Below the pieces are notes generated by a model. It was not told the origin of the DNA, did no database searches, and worked only from the letters and a program-made list of their open reading frames with translations. This document shows, piece after piece, positions 9,211-18,179 of a DNA stretch of 57,165 nucleotides; the first letter of the stretch is position 1, and each line of letters opens with the position of its first letter. This stretch comes from a virus. Where the stretch lies: the IMG/VR virus record IMGVR_UViG_3300049023_000036, positions 1-57,165 of that record; one strand, given 5' to 3'. The position numbers and the translations under genes are program-made.

Positions 9211-9716
9211 TTCAACTTTTTTATTGATTGCTGCATTCTTTCAACTGCACGTTTGAACGTCTTTTCTGCGATGATAGATGAACCTGTAATAACATCATAT
9301 CCTTTTGCTTCAACCGCCGCCGCGTAATTCATTCCGGCAACTCCGATTAACACATAACCTGAAGGATATTTTCCACCGATTTCCAACGCCAACTTTTTAC
9401 CAACCCGATCACCAACGAATTCCGCAACTGCTTCAGGTTCCGTTCCCGGTTTAATCTTCAGCAACTTTTTAATTGCTTTTGGTTCCTGAAAATTTCCAAA
9501 TATTTGTTTCCCATCTTTTAAAATAATGTATCCGATTGATCCGCGAAGATTTCGCGTTTTGTCTTTATATGTGTTGGTTGATCTCGCATCAATTACAAAC
9601 TGTTCGCCAACTTGCTGCATCTGATCAAGTAACACCTTTTCAACCCGTTCAACTTGCGCGTTGATACCTTTCATGATGTCATTCAATGTGAATTGCGGTT
9701 CAAGTTTTAAAGCCAT
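9207..9716 (-). CDS. HK97 gp10-like neck / tail-completion protein
   Basis: 169 aa. KDKTRNLRGSIGYI resembles the TG-x-L-R-x-SI signature of gp10-family proteins. Lies in the neck module. Confidence 0.5.
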   Translation of the reverse strand: MALKLEPQFTLNDIMKGINAQVERVEKVLLDQMQQVGEQFVIDARSTNTYKDKTRNLRGSIGYIILKDGKQIFGNFQEPKAIKKLLKIKPGTEPEAVAEFVGDRVGKKLALEIGGKYPSGYVLIGVAGMNYAAAVEAKGYDVITGSSIIAEKTFKRAVERMQQSIKKLK

Positions 9717-10042
9717 GCCTTGAAATTTAATTGCCCCGCATAAAATTGTTTTATCGATCCTCTTGCAATAACATTTCCGTTATCATCCGTAACCGATACT
9801 GATGCCCCATGTTTCAAATGTTGCTCCAATACAGGCATGAAAACAATCCCGAAAAATGCGATCTGCGTTCCATCAACACCCGTAATATATTGGGAACTTT
9901 TATTTCCCTGTGGTTCAAATCGCCCTTTTGTTTCAATGTTGGTATCATCCGCCGGATCAATAGGAACCCAATCCCCTTGCGAATTTTGTTCGCCTGATCT
10001 TGGAACCGAAATAATCACATTATGCGGGTATTGTTTTACCAT
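9707..10042 (-). CDS. Head-closure / head-tail joining protein (called by position)
   Basis: 111 aa, with translationally coupled overlaps on both sides, in the neck module. Confidence 0.4.
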   Translation of the reverse strand: MVKQYPHNVIISVPRSGEQNSQGDWVPIDPADDTNIETKGRFEPQGNKSSQYITGVDGTQIAFFGIVFMPVLEQHLKHGASVSVTDDNGNVIARGSIKQFYAGQLNFKAWL

Positions 10043-10356
10043 ATCGAAGGACTTGAAATTGTTGGTTGTGGATTGATGGAATCAAGGATCGATTGAATGA
10101 CATGTTTGTTCGACAAGGCAAGAATCTTTAACCGCAACGCCTCCCGATCAATGTTGATTGAATAACCCCCTTCAGATACATTGGGCGAAGAATAAGCATT
10201 ATACAATGCATGCGCGGCTGCTATTTCAACCGCATCGTTTTTATCCTTGGTATATGTATCATCAGGATTCAAATCATTGTTTAATAAAACCAATGTTACA
10301 TTGTTTTCATCCAACGGAAACCCGGCGATTGCTTTTAAAGATTCTCTGATTGTCAT
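10036..10356 (-). CDS. Head-tail connector/adaptor (called by position)
   Basis: First gene after the capsid gene. I prefer the ATG at 10354-10356 (MTIRESLKAIAG...) because the longer ORF to 10416 would overlap the capsid gene end by 38 nt. Confidence 0.4.
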   Translation of the reverse strand: MTIRESLKAIAGFPLDENNVTLVLLNNDLNPDDTYTKDKNDAVEIAAAHALYNAYSSPNVSEGGYSINIDREALRLKILALSNKHVIQSILDSINPQPTISSPSIW

Positions 10357-10378
10357 ATTAAAAAGATGGAATAAAAAA

Positions 10379-11473
10379 TTAAGAATAAACCGCAGTAAGA
10401 ATCTGCATTGAATCAATTGCGCTCAATGCCGGGAATGCGTTCCACTCTGCTTTTGTCCACTCGCGCAAAGGTTCATTTTCATGCCACTTTGATAACAGCG
10501 CGCTTCCAAATTTCGCATATGTTACATTTTCAACCGGGCGAATTTCTTCCATCGCCAACGCGTTCTTGATCACTCCAAGTTGGCCCGCCGGAACAAACGC
10601 AACATTGTTTTGATTGAATGGGCGTTGAATCAGAATCTTCCCATCCTTTTCAACTCCAAACGCCTTATCAACCAATTCAATGATTGGAAGTTGGCTTTCA
10701 CTCAAATAATTGTTCACATTTGCCAAGGTTGTGATTCCAACCGGGTTGAAAGATGCGCCGGGTTTTGCTGCATAATAAAACGCAGTCAAGGTATCGATCA
10801 CCTGTTTTGTTTTGATCATCTTGCCAAACAAAGTTTTGGTCATTAGCATTTTCGCAATTCCAAAACCATTATCTGATGCGTATTGAACGCGCGCAAGAAT
10901 ATCATCAATGGGCGTTGCTGTTGCGGCGGTATCCCAAGAGATCGCTGCGTTTGCTTTGTTGCCTGAATTCATCAACAAATCAATATCATCCGAAACAATA
11001 CCATCAGGGTTGTTTGTTGTATTGATGCTGATCTTTCCGGTTGAAACGGCTTCCAAGCACATCATGTCAATTCTCTTATAAACCGAATTTCCTGCTTTGC
11101 GCGAATCATTGTAAATGAAATCAAGTATCTGATTAAGTTTTACCTTATCTGATACAGGCATTGCCTTCATGATTTCAAAATCACGCATGTCGGATTCTTT
11201 CAAAGAAAACATTTCCTTGATTGCAGGAATTGAACCTTCAAGTTTTTTCAGGTCCGGGCGGCTCCTTAATGGAGTTTCGGAATCGCGATCAACAACGGAT
11301 GCAACGGCTTCGATGCGCGCCGTTCCGATTGCCTCGCTGAACGTTAATTGCATTTGTGGCGGTGCAATCCCGAAGAATTCCGGGAACCACAACGGATCAA
11401 AACGATCATTGCGGGAATCAACAACAACTTGCAAGTTGTCTGCATATGCACCAAAAATTGATTTAAGTCTCAT
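10379..11473 (-). CDS. Major capsid protein
   Basis: 364 aa, after scaffold-like and decoration-like genes. GGAGG lies 9 nt upstream of the ATG, one of the few SD-like sites in this genome. Size and position fit an HK97-fold capsid protein. Confidence 0.8.
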   Translation of the reverse strand: MRLKSIFGAYADNLQVVVDSRNDRFDPLWFPEFFGIAPPQMQLTFSEAIGTARIEAVASVVDRDSETPLRSRPDLKKLEGSIPAIKEMFSLKESDMRDFEIMKAMPVSDKVKLNQILDFIYNDSRKAGNSVYKRIDMMCLEAVSTGKISINTTNNPDGIVSDDIDLLMNSGNKANAAISWDTAATATPIDDILARVQYASDNGFGIAKMLMTKTLFGKMIKTKQVIDTLTAFYYAAKPGASFNPVGITTLANVNNYLSESQLPIIELVDKAFGVEKDGKILIQRPFNQNNVAFVPAGQLGVIKNALAMEEIRPVENVTYAKFGSALLSKWHENEPLREWTKAEWNAFPALSAIDSMQILTAVYS

Positions 11474-11537
11474 TTGTTATACCCTCCAATTTTGGGTTTA
11501 AAAATTAATGTTTAAAGTAATCAGAAAATATTTCCAA

Positions 11538-12116
11538 TTACCTTGATTCTGAAAATACGATCAACGGCATTGCGCTGCGAACTGTTGCAGGAGCAGCAAT
11601 CCGGCGGGCATAAACAGTTCCGCGAATCACAACAGATAATGTTGCATCCTTGGAATAAACAACATCATCATACAACAAACCTTTTGCGCCTGTTACTGAT
11701 AATGCTGCTGCTGATGCACCTGATGCAGATGATTGAAACAACGCATCGCCCTCGGTAACTGCACCAATGGTTGTGCCTGTTGTAACAACATCATAATCCG
11801 CGTTGCTCGTATCAATCGCGGTAATTGCATAAGCTGCACTTCCAACCGTTTTTCCTAAGTTCATGCCAACGGCCAAGTTGCTATTTTTTTCCACCTGATA
11901 AGGCGATCCGGCGGATGATGCGTAAACGCGCGCGGTTCTTAGAACCTTTGCTTTTCTTGTATCCTCGTTGTATTCAACAGGCGTTCCTGCCGGAATAATA
12001 TCGCCATCGCTGAACCCGGTTGTTTCCAAAGTGAAACCCCCGCGAACGGTTTCAAGAACTTTTTGAAATACTACCTTTCCACTTTTTGCGGATGTAGTTT
12101 TGTAATGTAATCCCAT
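11538..12116 (-). CDS. Head decoration-like / auxiliary capsid protein
   Basis: 192 aa, Gly/Ala/Ser/Thr-rich, between the scaffold-like gene and the capsid gene (the lambda D-E type arrangement). Confidence 0.4.
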   Translation of the reverse strand: MGLHYKTTSAKSGKVVFQKVLETVRGGFTLETTGFSDGDIIPAGTPVEYNEDTRKAKVLRTARVYASSAGSPYQVEKNSNLAVGMNLGKTVGSAAYAITAIDTSNADYDVVTTGTTIGAVTEGDALFQSSASGASAAALSVTGAKGLLYDDVVYSKDATLSVVIRGTVYARRIAAPATVRSAMPLIVFSESR

Positions 12117-12152
12117 TTTAAAAAGTTTGTTTTCTTAAAAAATCTTGTTTGC

Positions 12153-12803
12153 TTACTTCGCGGTTTCAACAGCTTTTGGCGGCTGTGAATCCTTGGCCCA
12201 TCCTTCAATTGCGGATTTTACATTTTTATCTGTAAGGTTTCCGCCCGTTGAATTTTCAGGCTTCAGGTTCAACAATCCCTTTTGTGCTAAATCGCTTTTC
12301 ATTTCATTGAAATCTTTTTCAATATCCGCAATCACCTGATCAAACTGTTCATCACTTTCAATCACGCGATTTTTTGCAAGTTGAATAGGAATTTTCTTTT
12401 CCTTCATTGCTGCCATCAGCTTATCGTTATATGATTGAAAAGTTTTTTCCTTTTCCAATCTTTCAACCTTTTCAAGTAATGTTTTCAACATGCTTGATGT
12501 TTCATCACCGCCCGGATTTGGATTCGCGGGATCGGGATTCGGTTTTGCAGGATCAGGCTTCGCGGGATCAGGTTTTGTTTGCACTTTTTTCAATGCTTCA
12601 GAAACCCGGCGATCACCTTCAGATTGAAGAATTCCCGCAAATTCGGTGATTGGAATCGGCATTGCATCAAGTCCATCAACTGCGGATTGAATCGCTGATT
12701 CTTCAGTAACAGTTTCAGAAAGTTTTTTCGCAACCCTTTCAAGTAAAGCGGTTGGAACCCCTGCGTGTTTTGCCTTGAGTTGTTCCAAAATTTTTTGATA
12801 CAT
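12153..12803 (-). CDS. Scaffolding protein
   Basis: Highly charged, helical-looking protein with a PDPAKPDPAKPNPDPANPNPGG linker, between the MuF-like and capsid genes. ATG at 12801-12803; the ORF-track start at 12881 is a TTG. Confidence 0.5.
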   Translation of the reverse strand: MYQKILEQLKAKHAGVPTALLERVAKKLSETVTEESAIQSAVDGLDAMPIPITEFAGILQSEGDRRVSEALKKVQTKPDPAKPDPAKPNPDPANPNPGGDETSSMLKTLLEKVERLEKEKTFQSYNDKLMAAMKEKKIPIQLAKNRVIESDEQFDQVIADIEKDFNEMKSDLAQKGLLNLKPENSTGGNLTDKNVKSAIEGWAKDSQPPKAVETAK

Positions 12804-12883
12804 ATATTTCAAAGTTTTAATTCCTTCAAAACAATACAAAATTGAATTGATAAGAACCCGCAAAACCTTAAAATCGCTCAATC

Positions 12884-13921
12884 TTATGGATTGCGCATGT
12901 AATCGCCAAGGTATTTATCATTGTATTGGATGAATAGGGGCGTGTTTTTCCATCCTTTGATTCTTTCCGCGTTATCCGACATATAATTTTTAGCAGCTTC
13001 AGGAATCACCTGTATATAGTCCACATCAGGCCGTTTGTTTGTTAATCCTAAATCATAATCCATCATTGCATCACGAACATCTTGCGGTGCAAGTATAGGA
13101 ACCGCGATACATAAACAATGTGGATGCCATCCGCAAAACAGGAAATCTTTCGGATATATACCTATTAATGAATCACAAATATCATATTTGGGATGTTGCG
13201 CCGATAATCTGATTTCAATTCCAACCACAAACCACAACTGTTGCCAACGATTGTAATCTTCATACTCATAAGCCATGTTGATTTCCGTTCTTGTCAATCG
13301 TTCTGCATTCTTGCGCGGTGATTTATATACACCTTGGCCCGGATTTATTTTCCCTTCAGGATTGCGAAGATTGCGAATCAAATCTTTTGCTAATTGCTTT
13401 GAACCTGTTCCATCTTCCAAACCTTTTTTGATCGTTGTTGATAATGCTTTTTTATATGTTTTTGCCAGCTTCCAAACTCGCGCGGATAATTGGCGATCCT
13501 TGAACCGGGTTTCAAATCTTGCGGCAACTGTGTTTTTTGGTGCTGTTGGCGGGCGGCGTTTTAATGATTCGCGCCGGGTTGAAATTTGCATTCTTGATTT
13601 TGGTGCATTTCTTCCAACTGAAGAATCAGTCATTCTTTTATTCTTTTCGTTCGCAAGTCGTTTGGAACGAATGATTCCCTTTACAATTGCGCGCGCTGCA
13701 TCAGCTTGAAAAACTTCAACAACCTTATCGATTGCGCGCTTCACATCATTCGGTAATGATTTATTATTTGCCAACTTTCGGCGCGCTGCAAGATATGCGG
13801 TTTTTGTTCCGCCCTTTTCCATCAATTGAATGATTTCATCAAGAACTTTTTGAACGTTCTGAAGATGTTTTTTTTCAAACAGTTTTGCCAACTCCAATTG
13901 TTCGCGCTTACTAATTGCCAT
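12884..13921 (-). CDS. Minor head protein (Mu F / SPP1 gp7-like head morphogenesis)
   Basis: 345 aa, downstream of portal. Motifs LTRTEINMAYEYEDY ... CDSLIGIYP ... GWHPHCLC are typical of this family. Confidence 0.75.
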   Translation of the reverse strand: MAISKREQLELAKLFEKKHLQNVQKVLDEIIQLMEKGGTKTAYLAARRKLANNKSLPNDVKRAIDKVVEVFQADAARAIVKGIIRSKRLANEKNKRMTDSSVGRNAPKSRMQISTRRESLKRRPPTAPKNTVAARFETRFKDRQLSARVWKLAKTYKKALSTTIKKGLEDGTGSKQLAKDLIRNLRNPEGKINPGQGVYKSPRKNAERLTRTEINMAYEYEDYNRWQQLWFVVGIEIRLSAQHPKYDICDSLIGIYPKDFLFCGWHPHCLCIAVPILAPQDVRDAMMDYDLGLTNKRPDVDYIQVIPEAAKNYMSDNAERIKGWKNTPLFIQYNDKYLGDYMRNP

Positions 13922-14162
13922 GATGATAATTTATTTGAATCAATTCTTCATTCATTCGTTTAATCAATGAAGATATTTTTTGTAATTCTGATTTATATTT
14001 TTCTGTTGGTACTTCAACAGAAAATAAATGAAGATGCGGAATCCCGGATTTGCCATCGTATAATAAAACATAACCTTCCTGAATCAGTCGTTTCCTGAAG
14101 TATTCAATCTTACTAATGCCGCAAGTGATCCCGACCTTTTTCATTGTACTAAATGTAGGCAT
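13911..14162 (-). CDS. Hypothetical protein
   Basis: 83-aa ORF between the portal and MuF-like genes, with an 11-nt overlap with the downstream gene. Confidence 0.4.
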   Translation of the reverse strand: MPTFSTMKKVGITCGISKIEYFRKRLIQEGYVLLYDGKSGIPHLHLFSVEVPTEKYKSELQKISSLIKRMNEELIQINYHHGN

Positions 14163-14192
14163 AAAAAAAACACCTTCATTTGATTGAAGATG
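14163..14192 (-). terminator. Weak intrinsic terminator or attenuator after the portal gene
   Basis: Minus strand CATCTTCA-atcaaa-TGAAGGTG (7 of 8 pairs), then TTTTTTTT running straight into the next ATG. Confidence 0.4.
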
Positions 14193-14220
14193 TTTTCTAT
14201 TTTATTTACCCGATTGTAAT

Positions 14221-15681
14221 TTATTCAACTGTCGGATCATCGTTGGTATCCTTATCATTCATAATGTTATCCAACTTTTTTTGTTCACTTAGTTCGGCGG
14301 CCTGTCTTTCATCCTCGATTCTTTGCTTTTCAATTTCAGGATCAGCAATCAACGGATTCTTTTCAATCGCGGTCTCTTTTGATAATATACCCGCATCAAT
14401 TGCATTGGCAAGAACGTCGATTTCCCCGGCAATATCTTTTGGAAGATAATATTCAAACATCGGTTTCATCTTCTGCATCTTCACCGCCTCAAATGCCGGG
14501 TTAACGGTGATCATTGCCGACTTCAGGAAATTCAATCTTCGCTGAACACCTATTCCGAAAATCTGTTCCTTGCGCGCTGCTTTCATGTGCGCGGATGTGA
14601 ACAATAACTTTATTGCAAACCCGGAAAATGTTCCAAGTTTTGACATCTGCGTAAATGATAAATCAGGCGTATCGCTGAAATCCATGATTAATGATCGAAG
14701 ATTTTCCTGTTCCAACTTTACCGATTCCGGCGATTGATCCCATGTCATGTATTCCGCTTTTGCGCCCGCCGCCAATTGAATAACTTTTCCTTCCTCGCCT
14801 TTTTTTGCGAAACCTTTAACATCACCTTCCAATTTAACCATCGGTGAACCGAAATAATCATTGGTATCAGCATGATTAGAATTTGATATTTCAAACCGTT
14901 CAATCATTTCCTGTACTTCATACCATTCAGGATGTTCCTGCGTATAATACACAACAGGTATTTTCTGAACAGGATTCGGCCCGCCTCCATCGTAATCAGT
15001 CCAACCATTATCAGTTTTTACATATTCGCTAATCTGTGTTGCCGTATAAACAGTTAACCGTTCTGTATCCTTTCCCTCGATCATTGATTTAAATAACCGG
15101 GCGAATGCAATCATATCACCATGTTCATTGAACGTTGGTAATAATTCATCGCCTGTTGAATTGGAAATTATTTTAACCCGGAATGATAAATTCACTTTTC
15201 CTTCATTTGCGGTTCCCATCCAATAATCAGAATCGGTTTCCAATTCTTCTGCATACCATATTTCCGCAACTTCAGTTTCAGAAAATAGTTTTTCCGCAAT
15301 CTGCATATCCAAATAAATCATTTTATTGTCCTCGATCACCTTGCGAACAACAGAAACAAGTTGATCCCCTGCATCGCTGATAAATGGCGCATCGATTTTA
15401 ATTGGATTGGCGCATAAAAATGTTGCTGCGGTTTGCGTGATTTTCTTTTGCATCGGGATCGGCAACCGGGTAACCGGAACAGGTTCTGCACCGCCGTTTG
15501 TGTTCACAATTTTATCCCGGCGCGCAATCGGATCGTTGATCTTATGATCCTTGGAATTATATTGTTTCCGGTAATCATCAAACTTAATATCCTTCTTTTC
15601 AGCTTTCAGCGCATCCAACAATTTTGCAGGATCGCCGGAAAGTGCATCAAATTGTTCTTGGTTCATGTGTAAATATTTCAA
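14221..15681 (-). CDS. Portal protein
   Basis: 486 aa, first gene of the head module and upstream of the MuF-like gene. Size, acidic C-terminus and position fit a portal. A second in-frame ATG lies at 15666. Confidence 0.85.
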   Translation of the reverse strand: MKYLHMNQEQFDALSGDPAKLLDALKAEKKDIKFDDYRKQYNSKDHKINDPIARRDKIVNTNGGAEPVPVTRLPIPMQKKITQTAATFLCANPIKIDAPFISDAGDQLVSVVRKVIEDNKMIYLDMQIAEKLFSETEVAEIWYAEELETDSDYWMGTANEGKVNLSFRVKIISNSTGDELLPTFNEHGDMIAFARLFKSMIEGKDTERLTVYTATQISEYVKTDNGWTDYDGGGPNPVQKIPVVYYTQEHPEWYEVQEMIERFEISNSNHADTNDYFGSPMVKLEGDVKGFAKKGEEGKVIQLAAGAKAEYMTWDQSPESVKLEQENLRSLIMDFSDTPDLSFTQMSKLGTFSGFAIKLLFTSAHMKAARKEQIFGIGVQRRLNFLKSAMITVNPAFEAVKMQKMKPMFEYYLPKDIAGEIDVLANAIDAGILSKETAIEKNPLIADPEIEKQRIEDERQAAELSEQKKLDNIMNDKDTNDDPTVE

Positions 15682-15780
15682 TTATAAATTTACGCGCCGT
15701 TTTGTATATGTAAAAAAAGGATTGGTTTTATGGATTGAATTCCTATATTTGAAATCTACAAGGGCGTGATGAACCCAATC

Positions 15781-15795
15781 TTGCATTGAATGCAA
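15781..15795. promoter_or_regulatory. Perfect 7+1+7 palindrome TTGCATTgAATGCAA (candidate operator)
   Basis: Read directly. It lies about 100 nt upstream of the portal start and shares the 9-mer TTGCATTCA with the repeats upstream of the XRE gene. Confidence 0.4.
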
Positions 15796-15813
15796 ACGTT
15801 TTGATTGTTTTAG

Positions 15814-15841
15814 GGAACGCATGAACTGCGTTCCTTTTTTT
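15814..15841 (+). terminator. GC hairpin with its T-tract on the plus (antisense) strand
   Basis: GGAACGCA-tgaac-TGCGTTCC followed by TTTTTTT on the plus strand. On the coding strand the hairpin is preceded by an A-tract and followed by CTAAAAC, so there is no U-tract. Confidence 0.35.
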
Positions 15842-16886
15842 ATTCCGATAATCTTGCGTACAAATCAAATCGATATTTATTCCACGCGAACAGATTATAT
15901 TTTTCATTGGCCCATTCCCGCAATTCATGCGCTTTGTCAATTCCAAGTGAAGGATTTTTAACCAATCGATTCAGGTGATCAAACCAATCAGATTGTTTTT
16001 CAACCCAAAAAACAGGTGCATCAATATCATCTGAATATGGCGGAACTTTGGAAACAACAACCGGGATCATCTTGGCGGCTGCTTCCAACAACTTCAGGTT
16101 TGATTTGTGGGCGTTAAATGTATTGTTCAGCAACGGCACAATTGAACAATCAAAACCGTTATATGCCTCCATGTAGTGCATCAAGTCTTTATTTGGAATC
16201 CGCGTATAATTCGGCGCGATCTGAAAAACCTTTTCCATCTGCTTCCAAATCGGATTGTTCTGCACACCCGCCAATGCGAACCCGATCTTCAGATTCTTGA
16301 TTCTGTTCATTGGGTTTTGCAACAACCTGACATCTTCCAAGTGGGATGTTTGCCCGGTATATATCACCCGATAAATATCAGGATCAATCTTTGAACCCGG
16401 CGAAAATTGATCATATCCATACGGCAAGGCGTTCGGTATAACATGAACATTTTTATTGAACGGCAACAGTTTTTTTCGCAATCTTTCGGTTGTGCATGTT
16501 ACTGCATCCGCAATTTTTACGTTTTCAAGAATCAACTTTGCCTGATGATCGCGGAAATACTTGAAATTAGGGTGCTTAAAAGGTAGTTCAACCCAATCAT
16601 CCAAATCAACAACGATCCTCAATCCTTGGCGTTCCCTTGCTTTTAGGATATGGTTTATGTCAATTGGACAAACCCGGTTCCATACAACAACGCGTGATTT
16701 GTCGATAAATTCAAGTAATCGTTCAATTTCAAAATCTTGGTAAGTATCCGCATGAAGGTATTCATCTGCGTACATGAACGGCAATCGAACCCGGTGAAAA
16801 TCGCAACCGGATGTTCCGGTATAAAAAGGGAATGCTTTAATATTTCCCATCATCAAATTGTTTGTTGAAAATAATATATGGTTCAT
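15840..16886 (-). CDS. Glycosyltransferase, GT-B fold (GT1/GT4-like)
   Basis: 348 aa. The C-terminal half has KSNLKLLEAAAKMIPVVVSKVPPY, resembling the donor-binding helix of GT-B enzymes. Overlaps the GT2 gene end by 14-50 nt depending on the start used. Confidence 0.65.
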   Translation of the reverse strand: MNHILFSTNNLMMGNIKAFPFYTGTSGCDFHRVRLPFMYADEYLHADTYQDFEIERLLEFIDKSRVVVWNRVCPIDINHILKARERQGLRIVVDLDDWVELPFKHPNFKYFRDHQAKLILENVKIADAVTCTTERLRKKLLPFNKNVHVIPNALPYGYDQFSPGSKIDPDIYRVIYTGQTSHLEDVRLLQNPMNRIKNLKIGFALAGVQNNPIWKQMEKVFQIAPNYTRIPNKDLMHYMEAYNGFDCSIVPLLNNTFNAHKSNLKLLEAAAKMIPVVVSKVPPYSDDIDAPVFWVEKQSDWFDHLNRLVKNPSLGIDKAHELREWANEKYNLFAWNKYRFDLYARLSE

Positions 16887-17592
16887 CTTGTTGGAATGGG
16901 ATGTAGTAATTCCCGGTTAATCTGTATTCCTCAACAGCTTCATTGAATTTGATAGTGTTCCGATGCAATGATTCTGTTTTCATTTTCCTGTAATCTGAAT
17001 CAACGTCCATATCCGCGCCAATATGTTCTGAAGATAATCCATGAAGATAAAAATTCACATGTCCGGTTTCACGCGCGCGAAGTGCAAAATCAGAATCATC
17101 CATTCCATAAGGATGATAAATCGGATTGAAGAATCCAATAGTGTTAAACAATGCCCGCCCGAAAAACATTGTTCCAAAAACATTAGGGCCGGGATGAATG
17201 ACCATTCCGTTGTTCAGCTTTTCCGCCGGGTGTAATTTTTCAACGCAATGAATCCCTGCAATCCCTGCGTTCCTTACACATGGATAACTTTCAACCAATG
17301 CTTTCAGCCATCCATCAGGTAATAAAATATCATTGCCGATCAAAACAAAATAATCACCTGTTGCCTGACTTAACAAAAAGTTGTGCATCGGTGCGATTCC
17401 TTTATTTTCAGAATTTAGAACATGAACCGCCGGATTGAGTGATTTAATGTACTCGATCACCCTGCTATCCTGCGAACCATTATCGGCACACAATAATTCA
17501 TAGTCAACACCCGCGTTTTGTAATGCCTGATCAACGCAACGTTTTGTGATTTCGTACCGATCAATTGTCAATAACAGAATTGATACTTTCAT
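16837..17592 (-). CDS. Glycosyltransferase family 2 (GT-A fold)
   Basis: ATG at 17590-17592 gives MKVSILLLTIDRYEI.... Motifs CADNGSQD, NKGIAPMHN and GDYFVLIGNDILLPDGW are typical GT2 hallmarks. No C-terminal TM segments. Confidence 0.8.
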   Translation of the reverse strand: MKVSILLLTIDRYEITKRCVDQALQNAGVDYELLCADNGSQDSRVIEYIKSLNPAVHVLNSENKGIAPMHNFLLSQATGDYFVLIGNDILLPDGWLKALVESYPCVRNAGIAGIHCVEKLHPAEKLNNGMVIHPGPNVFGTMFFGRALFNTIGFFNPIYHPYGMDDSDFALRARETGHVNFYLHGLSSEHIGADMDVDSDYRKMKTESLHRNTIKFNEAVEEYRLTGNYYIPFQQDEPYIIFNKQFDDGKY

Positions 17593-17602
17593 GATTTTTG
17601 AT

Positions 17603-17884
17603 TTATATAAATTGATAAAAAACGAATCCAACGCCCAAATAAAGTAAATACAATACAATTCTGTCAATAAATTGATCGTACAATTCCTGATCTTCCTTTT
17701 TGGGCGATGGGTTTATATATCCAATGATTAACATTATACCCATTGCTTCAATCAGTCTTATTTCAGGCGCATTAAAAGTCGTTATTAAAAACCATTGGTA
17801 TAGTTTGTAAAAAACAAACCCGCCGCTAAACAGATTTAAAAACACCACTAATAGAACTGCACAAAATTTCCCAAAGTTTTCCAT
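17603..17884 (-). CDS. Small integral membrane protein (about 3 TM)
   Basis: 93 aa with hydrophobic spans FCAVLLVVFLNLFSGGFVF, LIEAMGIMLIIGYI and IVLYLLYLGVGFVFYQFI. Lies between the XRE and GT2 genes. Confidence 0.55.
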   Translation of the reverse strand: MENFGKFCAVLLVVFLNLFSGGFVFYKLYQWFLITTFNAPEIRLIEAMGIMLIIGYINPSPKKEDQELYDQFIDRIVLYLLYLGVGFVFYQFI

Positions 17885-17887
17885 GTT

Positions 17888-18169
17888 TTATGATTTTGCT
17901 TTTTTAATTCGTTTCAATATTTTTTTCGGCGATACAGGTTTGAAAAAATATTCCATGTTGATCCCCATCCAATAAGAAAACAGATACAACGAAATCACAT
18001 CAGGAACTTTGCCATTCATTACGCGGGATGTTGTTGATGCGCTCACTCCGATTTCCTTTGATGCTTCGCGCAATGAAAGATTTCGTTCCTTCAAATATTT
18101 TTGCATCGTTTCAGAAAAACAGGCTGAATCAAATTCAACCGTTTGTATTTTGTTCTTTGCTTTCGCCAT
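17888..18169 (-). CDS. XRE/Cro-type helix-turn-helix regulator
   Basis: 93 aa. LSLREASKEIGVSASTTSRVMNGK is a classic XRE-type HTH. A promoter-like element and repeats lie directly upstream. Confidence 0.75.
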   Translation of the reverse strand: MAKAKNKIQTVEFDSACFSETMQKYLKERNLSLREASKEIGVSASTTSRVMNGKVPDVISLYLFSYWMGINMEYFFKPVSPKKILKRIKKAKS

Positions 18170-18179
18170 CGTGTAGATA

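Noticed and set aside
12508-12579. Short tandem DNA repeat encoding PDPAKPDPAKPNPDPANPNPGG
   Set aside because: It lies in frame within the scaffold-like protein and is imperfect at DNA level. It looks like a flexible Pro-rich linker rather than a regulatory or CRISPR-like repeat.
12804-12881. N-terminal extensions produced by the longest-ORF rule (for example 12881, 10416, 17667, 37763, 37006, 44186, 44537, 45997)
   Set aside because: Several of these begin at TTG or GTG, overlap the preceding gene, or run through hairpins. Internal ATG codons placed 1-12 nt after the upstream stop give the tight packing seen elsewhere in the genome.
15682-15780. Bacteroidota-type promoter (TTTG ... TAnnTTTG) upstream of portal, the XRE gene, the early genes and the plus-strand gene
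   Set aside because: I found only one-mismatch fragments (TAGATTTC, TATAATTG, AATATTTG) without a properly spaced -33 element, so no call is made. This also leaves the host inference uncertain.
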